Source of the DNA: Candidatus Roizmanbacteria bacterium
GTDB lineage: Bacteria; Patescibacteriota; Microgenomatia; GCA-001788215; 2-01-FULL-40-14
Length of the DNA stretch: 33,219 nt
Assembly (NCBI GenBank): GCA_016203755.1
Contig: JACQMD010000096.1
Location: forward strand, 1-33,219
Direction: 5' to 3'
The translations under genes and the position numbers were made by a program. The notes under the pieces were generated by a model, which searched no databases, was not told the DNA's origin, and saw nothing but the letters and a program-made list of their open reading frames with translations. Below, in pieces: positions 10,435 to 18,615 of the stretch (its first letter is position 1; the number at the start of each line of letters is the position of its first letter).

Positions 10435-11400
10435 TCATCTCATACCAACTAACGTTTCATGCATAAGGGGATATGCAATCTTACCTTTCAGAAAGAGGTG
10501 AGGGATGACCTTTCTACTAAATTCAGTGAAGCCTTGTTGACCAAGCCATTGAAGCAGAGGAATATAGGCTTCATCTGTCTTCACAGAACCAAATCCTCCA
10601 AGTACCACGGTATGAACACAAGGCAAATCTTCAATGAAATCAAATACTTTCAAAAGATTTGGTAATCCTCCGTATACTGCATGTCCGCCTATATTTGAAA
10701 TGGCAACCCCAATCTGTTCTCGAGGAAATGTTTTAGACTGACGTACTTCATCAGCTGTTTGACAGTATACAGTCGACTTTTCACCAACATTGTTTTGCTC
10801 CAGGTTTCTATCTGCTTGTCGTGCATACCATCCATTTTGCTCAATTAAGTGTGCACGTGCTGCACCATTTGAAAGCGCGGCCAGAGCAAGTATACCGCCT
10901 CCTGAACCAATATCAACAATCTCCTCGTCATTCATTCGATCGGATACTGAATCTAGGGCATAGAGGGTGGCTTCCATAAAACCTCTAAATGTTGCCTGCA
11001 TAAAATCATATGGTAAATCAGAAAGCCAAATGGGACTTGGTGTTATTTTCCGAATAATATTTGGGGTAGCACGCCGTCTATTTTCTTGACTATCGGCTAT
11101 AACAAATCGATCACCTACTTGCAGGAGTGAAACGGGAGCAGAAGAGAGAATTGGTTGTGAACCGGCGGCAATAAATTCATGTATATAACGTTTGTAATCA
11201 GCTTGGGAACGGCATCCCATACGCAGTGGCACTTCAGTTTGTAATTCGGTATCTAGGAAGCATCCAACAGTCGGCGGGGCAGCAAATGCAGTAAGTTTCA
11301 GGGCACGATAGAGCCGTGCATCGCGTCGTCCTAATGCTTGTTCACTTATTGGCTGCCGCCATTGATCCGGAATATTGTGGGGTGAGACAAATTCGTTCAT
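10435..11400 (-). CDS. class I SAM-dependent methyltransferase (PrmA-like core) with an unrecognised N-terminal domain
   Basis: 321 aa. Motif I: IVDIGSGGGILALAALSNGAARAHLIEQN. A post-motif GVAISNIGG resembles the D-x-x-x-ANI of PrmA-type enzymes. I saw no (D/N)PP(Y/F) DNA-methylase motif. The stop is only 3 nt from the convergent 9013..10431 stop. Confidence 0.7.
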   Translation of the reverse strand: MNEFVSPHNIPDQWRQPISEQALGRRDARLYRALKLTAFAAPPTVGCFLDTELQTEVPLRMGCRSQADYKRYIHEFIAAGSQPILSSAPVSLLQVGDRFVIADSQENRRRATPNIIRKITPSPIWLSDLPYDFMQATFRGFMEATLYALDSVSDRMNDEEIVDIGSGGGILALAALSNGAARAHLIEQNGWYARQADRNLEQNNVGEKSTVYCQTADEVRQSKTFPREQIGVAISNIGGHAVYGGLPNLLKVFDFIEDLPCVHTVVLGGFGSVKTDEAYIPLLQWLGQQGFTEFSRKVIPHLFLKGKIAYPLMHETLVGMR

Positions 11401-11463
11401 ACGAGGAGAAAGTATAGCATACGAATATGATTAAACCTTGCCAAAAAGTAGAGCAGAAGAGTA

Positions 11464-13014
11464 TTACGCGTTCAATACTTCTGTTGAAGTAGTTGAAGCA
11501 ACATCTGAAATAGTAAATTCCGCTTGTCTGACGGCTCGTATTTTATCCTCAGCTTCTGCAAGTATTCGTTGAGTGGACACGATTTGAGCTAGGAAGCTAT
11601 CGAATTCTTCTCGTTGCAGACGAGATATTCCTTCCAAATATGAATCAGAGGTTATCCCTAAAACTAACTGATCAACTTGTGATAATGCGCCTTTAACGCC
11701 TGCTACATCACGGCGGACCGTTTTTTCTGTTTTAAGTTCAAGTCCTCGTTCTTTTTCACTGTAAACTCTCTCTAGTCGTGCAAGTGTATCTGCACTAGTT
11801 CTCATAGACTTTTCTCTTAGTTCTTCTTCGAGAGCATCTATTTCTTCCCGATCTTTTCTCCTTGCTTCTTCAAGATACTCTTCTTGTGCTTGTTTACGAT
11901 TCGCCTCTGCTTGCTGAGAACTTGCTAATGCTTCTTCCAAACTTCGAATGGCGTCTTCATACTTAGTTTTCTTATTTTCAAATTCTTCTTCAGGCTTCCG
12001 GACCGCTTTTAGAAGTGCTTCATTGGCAGCCCTCAGGACTTCATTTGCTTGTGAAAGTTCAGTAATCTTAGATTGTGCAATAGCAAGTTTATCTGTATGT
12101 GCTAATTGCATACTCTCTATTTCACGAGTTTTTTTAACTTCAAGAATTTTAGTAGACGCTTCAACAGCAGCTGTTGCTCTTTTCTCTGTCTCTTCATGTA
12201 CTAATTCTCCCATACGCTCTTTTAATAGCCTATTATTGAGACGTGCAATGTAGAGATCCAGTTCTTGTGGTGTAGAAATAGCACCTGTTACAATTTCATG
12301 CACTGTTTCCTGGACTAACTTATAGTCATAAACACCTTCTAATGACTCTTCCAAATGAGCAACCTTACCCGGTATGGGCAGTCTTAGTTGTGCAATTTTA
12401 TTTAGTGTACGAAGACTCCAAAACTTTGCCCTTTCCTCACTGCTTGTTATGTCCTGTTCAATTCGCGAGAGAAGAGAAGAAGGAATATACCCTATGTCAA
12501 CTTTTGTAGTTATGGTCGTTTTATCCTCGCCATAGCTACGAGCAATTTCGCGCGCTTTAAGCCCTTTACGGTTAAGATCTGCAAGCTCGCGACATTCCTG
12601 AATAGTCCCCCACGTATGGATACCATTTGCAGACAGTCTCATGAGCGAAGCAGTCTTATCATCCACTTCGCCATGAGAAACAGCTTGCACAGAAGTAATT
12701 CCTTGATTTTTTGCTGCCATGAAACGTGCAGCCCCATCAATAACTGCAACTGTACCATCTTCAAGGACTCGTACTGCTGGAGGATGAATGGGAACACCAC
12801 CTAGTTGGTCAATGTTTTCTTGTAAACGGGCAAGTGAATCTGGAGTATGCCTTTTTTGACTAGTTTCATCGATGAAAACTTTGCTTGGGTCAACATCCAG
12901 TAACTCGACTCGTCCTGACCCCATGCCATCCTCTGGACTAAAATTGATAAACTGTTCCTCTGTTAAGATTTCGTGGTTTAACATAGTCTCATTTCTGCAA
13001 GTATAGCAGATCAT
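11464..13014 (-). CDS. ParB/Srx N-terminal domain + HTH protein with a ~200-aa charged coiled-coil C-terminal half
   Basis: 516 aa. VELLDVDPSKVFID...SLARLQENIDQLGGVPIHPPAVRVLEDGTVAVIDGAARFMAAKNQGITSVQAV is collinear with the ParB N-domain, followed by an HTH-like LKAREIARSYGEDKTTITTKVDIGYIP. The C-terminal half is heptad-like and E/K/R/A-rich. The ATG at 13012-13014 directly abuts the upstream gene's TGA (TGAATG); an alternative start is the ATG at 12984. Confidence 0.75.
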   Translation of the reverse strand: MICYTCRNETMLNHEILTEEQFINFSPEDGMGSGRVELLDVDPSKVFIDETSQKRHTPDSLARLQENIDQLGGVPIHPPAVRVLEDGTVAVIDGAARFMAAKNQGITSVQAVSHGEVDDKTASLMRLSANGIHTWGTIQECRELADLNRKGLKAREIARSYGEDKTTITTKVDIGYIPSSLLSRIEQDITSSEERAKFWSLRTLNKIAQLRLPIPGKVAHLEESLEGVYDYKLVQETVHEIVTGAISTPQELDLYIARLNNRLLKERMGELVHEETEKRATAAVEASTKILEVKKTREIESMQLAHTDKLAIAQSKITELSQANEVLRAANEALLKAVRKPEEEFENKKTKYEDAIRSLEEALASSQQAEANRKQAQEEYLEEARRKDREEIDALEEELREKSMRTSADTLARLERVYSEKERGLELKTEKTVRRDVAGVKGALSQVDQLVLGITSDSYLEGISRLQREEFDSFLAQIVSTQRILAEAEDKIRAVRQAEFTISDVASTTSTEVLNA

Positions 13015-14628
13015 TCAAGTGCCTAAAGAATGATCTTCTACCCATTCATCCTCTGTTTCATACCACTGATCCTGTATTGTTTCAAATCTCACTTGTACCA
13101 GATCGAGAAGATAATCACGTAAGTCCTGTTCATAAACTCTTACCTCTGCTTTGCTCAGCGGAATGTTTTGACCGACATACTGAATGATATCTGAGATTGC
13201 AACCTTTTTGCTATCGGCATCATTTTTCTGTTCCTCCGTCAAAAATTCCCGCTCTCCATCCTGAATAAACTGATCAGCAAGATACGCAAGATCACGAAGC
13301 GTTAAGTCATCGAGCGCCTGCAGCTTGATAAACCTTTCAATCTCTTCAATTTCTCTGAGCCGATATGAGGATGCCTCTGGATCATATTCAAGGAGCATTG
13401 CCATGGCAGTATACTTTGTATGAACAGCCAGACTGTTAATGCCCCAGTCTATACCCATTTTATCCGCATATTCCTGCGCGGCCATGTGGAGAATACTGGG
13501 ACGTGATTCCTGACGGGTATCATGCCAATTTTCTTCATTGTATTCGTGTAATAAGTCTGACGAATATTTATCAATTAACCCATATATACCACGGCTCTCA
13601 TATGTTTTCCGAATACTACTGGGGTGTCTCGTCGCTGCTCCTCCATAGCTTTCCAGGTATTCAACGGCTTTTCGTCGCGTTTGAATAGCAAGATAATACG
13701 CCAGACTTCCGACAAGATGTGCATTTACGAGTAGGTCTTCCGGCAATTCTTTATTTTGCATAAATAATCGCTGAGCTTCTTCATAGGGTTCAATACACGA
13801 GGGCATACGGACAAGGTTCAAATTACTTTCTTGCCGTACATTGCCCTGTGAATCAGGACGAGAACGGTGCCGAGTCGTTTCAATACAGATCAACGCACTA
13901 GGCAATCGCCTATCAAATACTTTCTGTATAGGAATACCACCATAGATACATGCCTCCTTCATTTTTTTCCTCCCTGCTAGTCTCCCTAACCCAAGCACCA
14001 TACGTCGTATCGGAAATCCTTCGTGCACTTCATATTCCTCTTTATTACCAACAGAAACCGTTAGTATTCTCGGCATACGAAGTACCAGTGGTTTGGTACG
14101 AAGGAGTTCAGCAACAACATGGAGATTTTCTGTATTTTGAATCGCTGTTTGTGTCTCGTTAAAAAACGGCGGTTCACGACCCTCGGCATTGTAAAGAGCC
14201 GCTGAGAGAATTAATTTTCGTATCCGTAACTCATTGTTTCTTTCCCGGTATTCATCAGTTTCAGGAATTTCTGCCCCCAAACTATGAACAGTACTGGCAA
14301 AATTGGCTAAAATTGCTTGCACTTGTTCAGTATCCCGCTTTGCAGGATTGTTTTCCATGTAGACCGTTAATGCGCGGATTGCGGTCAGATGGGCAAATGG
14401 CGGGAAATGAGGATTAACTGCAATACTATTGACCGAGAGAAGAAAATCATTTAGATCAAATTCTGCTGTGCGAATGCTCCGACGAAGATCGAGTGCTTGA
14501 TTGGCTAGTTTTCTATCCTGTGGTGCATCAGGCATACAAACCACGGTATCAAGATAGGTATTAAAAAATTTCTCGAGATTCTCTCTTCGTTCAGGGTCGA
14601 TGTCGATAAGTCGGTCTGGAATATTCAT
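13015..14628 (-). CDS. hypothetical protein (537 aa), first gene of the 537aa-ParB-like operon
   Basis: Long uninterrupted ORF with no motif I recognise. It is translationally abutted to the ParB-like gene. Confidence 0.65.
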   Translation of the reverse strand: MNIPDRLIDIDPERRENLEKFFNTYLDTVVCMPDAPQDRKLANQALDLRRSIRTAEFDLNDFLLSVNSIAVNPHFPPFAHLTAIRALTVYMENNPAKRDTEQVQAILANFASTVHSLGAEIPETDEYRERNNELRIRKLILSAALYNAEGREPPFFNETQTAIQNTENLHVVAELLRTKPLVLRMPRILTVSVGNKEEYEVHEGFPIRRMVLGLGRLAGRKKMKEACIYGGIPIQKVFDRRLPSALICIETTRHRSRPDSQGNVRQESNLNLVRMPSCIEPYEEAQRLFMQNKELPEDLLVNAHLVGSLAYYLAIQTRRKAVEYLESYGGAATRHPSSIRKTYESRGIYGLIDKYSSDLLHEYNEENWHDTRQESRPSILHMAAQEYADKMGIDWGINSLAVHTKYTAMAMLLEYDPEASSYRLREIEEIERFIKLQALDDLTLRDLAYLADQFIQDGEREFLTEEQKNDADSKKVAISDIIQYVGQNIPLSKAEVRVYEQDLRDYLLDLVQVRFETIQDQWYETEDEWVEDHSLGT

Positions 14629-14701
14629 TAGCTTGTTTAACTATGTTAAAATAAAACTTCACTATACATTATATGTGCAATAAAACTATTATATCTTATC
14701 T

Positions 14702-15970
14702 ATGTCAGCAGAACACAAAAATCAATTTAGTCTTCGAGATACACTCAGCCAACTCAATGAGGGGAGAGATGTGGTGCTTCCGCCAGCTGACGATTTGCTA
14801 GACTCGGTATACAAAGAAGTTGATAGTTTATTAACTCTCCCGCAAGAACACCGTCTGCCTCCTCGAGATCTTGAGGATTATAGTCTTGGCATTGAAACGC
14901 TTCGATCTACAGCAGATCAATATCGTTTTGTGGAACAAGCAAAGCAAGAGACACAACAGTTAATGGCTCAACGAGCAAGTATTTGGTCGCAACGAACACA
15001 GATTCAAAATCCTGTCCTTACACTGCCATCTCGCGAGGACAAAGAGCGGCTGGCTGAACTGGCAACTCAAGAGGAAACAATTAATAGTCGCTTAGAAGAG
15101 TTGGTCTCTGAGTTGACCAATCGCTTCGATGTTTCAGTTGATCCAGATACCGGAGTAAACGTCGAAGAGCTTTCAACCGCAACACAAGATGAACTTCTCG
15201 GGCTATTGGGACAAAATTTAGGTTGGCTGACACTCTTATCTCAGAAAGCACGTAACCCTCTTGCTACCACACCTGAAAAGCCAAATGTTTCAATAACCAT
15301 TGAGCGTTTGGCCGGCGCTGTCACACTTGACGATGCAACGAGAGAACTGGTCCAACATCCCATCGATACGAGTCAAATCATTGCTCCAGGAATTTCGGTT
15401 TCATCAACAGGTATCACCATGCAACGCCAGGAAATTACTGATATTCCACGTCCCTCGGCATTTGAGCGCTGGGCACCATTTTTCGGCGTAGAAGTTCCGA
15501 GCAGAAAAGATGATTCTGCTGCGTACAATCGTTATGAAAATCAGGTGCGCAAGTACCAAGCAGTTGCACAAGCAATTGGTGATTTCTACTATGAGGAAGG
15601 TAAACCACGGCCATCCCGAATAGAACTAATCTCTCATATTACAGCCTTTACCCTTGAACATGCACTCCACTACACCAAGAATGCGACATTTGATCTCTCT
15701 CTAAGAGGAGAAAAAACACTATTTGAACCAATACGACTCCAACGGATTATTGCTGCAGTTGCTCGCGTAGTTGAGCTTAAGGCTTGTGAAGATGAGAAAA
15801 GGAATGCTGCACCTTTTGTACACCACGCTGAATATGCTGACCTTGCTAAACAACTGCTTACGATAACTGACGCTTCTTTTTTGGGAAAAGAAATGGGCAG
15901 TATCTTAGTAGTAGAAAATGGGAAGGCAAGACTTGCAGATGATATTAGTGATTCATTACAACAACCATGA
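14702..15970 (+). CDS. hypothetical protein (422 aa), paralogous over its N-terminal ~185 aa to the next gene
   Basis: Long ORF with a 4-nt ATGA overlap onto the downstream gene. The block AKQETQQLMAQRASIWSQRTQIQNPVLTLPSREDKERLAEL aligns with TAQETHQLVSELSTIWETRATIQKPSIVLYLPEEEERLKSL of the 866-aa protein. Confidence 0.65.
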   Translation: MSAEHKNQFSLRDTLSQLNEGRDVVLPPADDLLDSVYKEVDSLLTLPQEHRLPPRDLEDYSLGIETLRSTADQYRFVEQAKQETQQLMAQRASIWSQRTQIQNPVLTLPSREDKERLAELATQEETINSRLEELVSELTNRFDVSVDPDTGVNVEELSTATQDELLGLLGQNLGWLTLLSQKARNPLATTPEKPNVSITIERLAGAVTLDDATRELVQHPIDTSQIIAPGISVSSTGITMQRQEITDIPRPSAFERWAPFFGVEVPSRKDDSAAYNRYENQVRKYQAVAQAIGDFYYEEGKPRPSRIELISHITAFTLEHALHYTKNATFDLSLRGEKTLFEPIRLQRIIAAVARVVELKACEDEKRNAAPFVHHAEYADLAKQLLTITDASFLGKEMGSILVVENGKARLADDISDSLQQP

Positions 15971-18567
15971 CACCTGAACAGCCGAAAGAAATTAATTTAT
16001 ACACCGTATTTGACGATATGAACCAGGGAGTTCCTGTTGAACTTCCTGGTCCTGAACTCATCGAAGAAACTGTTCGTGATGCTATGGAAACCTCCGATGA
16101 GCGAACAGAATTTCATAAAGAACTTCTGACTCAAGAAGATGTTTTGTATGCTTCTCAAAGTGTAAATTCACTGTTGGAATTAAACCGGGAATATGAAAAT
16201 CTTGATCGAACCGCACAGGAAACTCATCAGCTTGTTTCTGAACTGAGTACTATTTGGGAAACTCGAGCTACAATACAGAAACCTTCGATCGTTCTCTACT
16301 TACCGGAAGAAGAAGAGCGGCTTAAAAGCCTGGAGGGACGCGAGGCGGCAATACATGAACAGTTGACCGCCACTGCAAACAGGCTCTTAAATTTCGGTGG
16401 CATTGATCCTGAAGTCGCAAAACGGGTTGATGTGCTAGAACTCCTTTCCCAGTCACAAGTGAACATTTTGCGACAGCTGGAACAGGCGCTTAACTGGATT
16501 GACGGAATAGTCAACACAGCACTCGTTGGTAATTATATGAGATCGGTAAATAAACAGTTTGCTGACCGGTGGCAACTGAAACAACGTTTGCCACCATCAG
16601 AAGGAGAACAGGAAACGGAAGCCGGTCAGTGGGAGTGGTTTATCGGTACCAGGCCACCGAAAGAAAATAAAACACAGCGTGAACAGTTTGATGAACGTGT
16701 TCGAGAATATGAGAAGCTTATAAGCGACGTTAAAGGGGCATTTAAACTTGACGACGAGCATATTTCAGATACAGAAATTCTACAACTGCTTCCTGGACTC
16801 AACGCACTGCAACTAGCTCACTTTGGAAAATACGGATCATTTGACACGGGGACAGATGAGAAGACAGATAGAGAGACGGAAGTCCTTTCAGCAAGATCGG
16901 AACGAAGAGTAGGTGTTATGCTTGCTGCCATAGAACGATTCCTCACACTTAACAAACGAAAAGAGGAACAAACCGACGAGCCTCTAGAGATTATAGAACC
17001 AGCATGGTTCATTGAGCAGGCGATATTGATGATATCACCTCACTTCGATTTCGCTTCGCACTACGCAAGCATCGTTAATCAAACAGGACGGTATACACCG
17101 ATTGCACAAGAGTTTGATACGGTCATGGCAATGCTGACCGACTATAAAACTAAACTGGGGGATCTTAGAACTCCTTACATTATTAAACCCTCCACTAAAA
17201 TTGAGGGCGCGTATGAACTGCCAAACGGTGAAGTCGTGACTGGCAAACAAGCAGTTTCCGTCCTTGAACGACTCATGCAAACCAGCGCGGAAAACCGCTG
17301 TTCAGTCGAAGACTTACGAATGCATGTTTACCCTCATCTGGAACCAGATGCCGGAAAGGCAGGAATCCATCGGCGCATTTCTGTTCTCAGAACAAAAGGT
17401 GTACCTATACCACGGGTAGATATGTCCGATCCAAATGCCGGATATTATATAGATAGAGAAAATCCATTGGTAGAACAGCCAAACCATGCTACACAAGACA
17501 CACAACCTCACGGGAAACCAGACAAACCACCGCTCCCTTTTCAGCCAGGAAGTAAAAAACTCGAACTAGCCACCTCACTGGCCAACTGCTCAGAAGCCAA
17601 TCCTATCAGTAGAGACGAATTGATTAAGTTGCATTATGAAGGTGATCCACTAGGGCGGAGTCATCTTAGCGTACAACTTTCGAAGATTAGACAAACATCC
17701 GGAGTCATCCTCCATGAAGATGAAGGTGGACTCTGGCTGGAAATTATAGGCGCAAAACAAGTACAATCCACTGGAGAAGGACAACCTGAAAAACCTACGT
17801 ATGCACAGAAACTGGAACAAAATATATATTCCATTAAACAAAAACTGGAAGAGGAGACAAATAAATCAAATGCCCGATTAACAGAAAAGGAGACTACAGA
17901 AATTGTCAGTCAATGCATTGATGCAGACATTATCACGCCTGGAGTACGGAAAGCTATAGAAAATATGTTTCTCGCTGCCCAAAAATTAAGAGCTTCGCTG
18001 CGATCTGACCGAAAAGGGGAACATTTAAGAGGAGCAACGTTTTTCCAGAGACATGTTGATGTATTAGCGAGTTTATTAAACGAAAAAGGAGATGTCGACA
18101 CATTAAGTGATGATCAGATCATTACGATACAGTCTGCAATCAACGAATCGCTTGCATTATTCTTATCGTCTCGGATGGGTGGAGATGATCGCTCATATGA
18201 TATTTTAGCTCTCAATGCGACACTGAATGCAGTTCTGTGGATACGAAAAAGTTTCCCGGAAGCAACTATTCGTTCAGTAGCGCCACGAGTCTATTATCAT
18301 GACAAAATTGGCATGCAAATAATCCTTGATACTCATGGTGAGTACGACGAAGAAGTTACTGTGTATGTAGCCAAAAAAGGTATAGCGAGAGATAAGATTG
18401 AACACTATGAAATTAATCATCGGGAACAAATTTATGAATATATTCGTGATCAAACATGGAGAGAAACATTCTCAACGGCTTTCGACTACGTCCAGAAAGC
18501 AAAAAAACCAAACGATCGATTTATGATCATCCTTGCCCCGAATGCACTTCCATCTATTACCAAATAA
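15967..18567 (+). CDS. hypothetical protein (866 aa): paralogous N-terminal domain plus two tandem OmpR-type winged-helix-like modules
   Basis: Long ORF. wHTH-like 1, nt 17254-17451: VSVLERLMQTSAENRCSVEDLRMHVYPHLEPDAGKAGIHRRISVLRTKGVPIPRV...GYYI. wHTH-like 2, nt 17554-17745: KLELATSLANCSEANPISRDELIKLHYEGDPLGRSHLSVQLSKIRQTSGVIL...GLWLEI. Confidence 0.7.
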   Translation: MTPEQPKEINLYTVFDDMNQGVPVELPGPELIEETVRDAMETSDERTEFHKELLTQEDVLYASQSVNSLLELNREYENLDRTAQETHQLVSELSTIWETRATIQKPSIVLYLPEEEERLKSLEGREAAIHEQLTATANRLLNFGGIDPEVAKRVDVLELLSQSQVNILRQLEQALNWIDGIVNTALVGNYMRSVNKQFADRWQLKQRLPPSEGEQETEAGQWEWFIGTRPPKENKTQREQFDERVREYEKLISDVKGAFKLDDEHISDTEILQLLPGLNALQLAHFGKYGSFDTGTDEKTDRETEVLSARSERRVGVMLAAIERFLTLNKRKEEQTDEPLEIIEPAWFIEQAILMISPHFDFASHYASIVNQTGRYTPIAQEFDTVMAMLTDYKTKLGDLRTPYIIKPSTKIEGAYELPNGEVVTGKQAVSVLERLMQTSAENRCSVEDLRMHVYPHLEPDAGKAGIHRRISVLRTKGVPIPRVDMSDPNAGYYIDRENPLVEQPNHATQDTQPHGKPDKPPLPFQPGSKKLELATSLANCSEANPISRDELIKLHYEGDPLGRSHLSVQLSKIRQTSGVILHEDEGGLWLEIIGAKQVQSTGEGQPEKPTYAQKLEQNIYSIKQKLEEETNKSNARLTEKETTEIVSQCIDADIITPGVRKAIENMFLAAQKLRASLRSDRKGEHLRGATFFQRHVDVLASLLNEKGDVDTLSDDQIITIQSAINESLALFLSSRMGGDDRSYDILALNATLNAVLWIRKSFPEATIRSVAPRVYYHDKIGMQIILDTHGEYDEEVTVYVAKKGIARDKIEHYEINHREQIYEYIRDQTWRETFSTAFDYVQKAKKPNDRFMIILAPNALPSITK

Positions 18568-18572
18568 CAAAT

Positions 18573-18603
18573 TTGAAATGTTATTGCGTTTTTCTGATAC
18601 AAT
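18573..18603 (+). promoter_or_regulatory. possible promoter TTGAAA-19-TACAAT, ATG 12 nt after the -10
   Basis: ttgaaa at 18573-18578 and tacaat at 18598-18603. The 19-nt spacer is suboptimal. ATG at 18616. Confidence 0.3.
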
Positions 18604-18615
18604 AGAATTATCATC

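Noticed and set aside
11948-16517. Antisense or off-frame ORFs inside the island genes (11948-12253, 12616-12804, 13503-13688, 13950-14162, 15300-15491, 16296-16517, and similar ones up to 19446).
   Set aside because: They are fully nested in much longer ORFs and have shadow-frame composition. They have no independent promoter or SD evidence.
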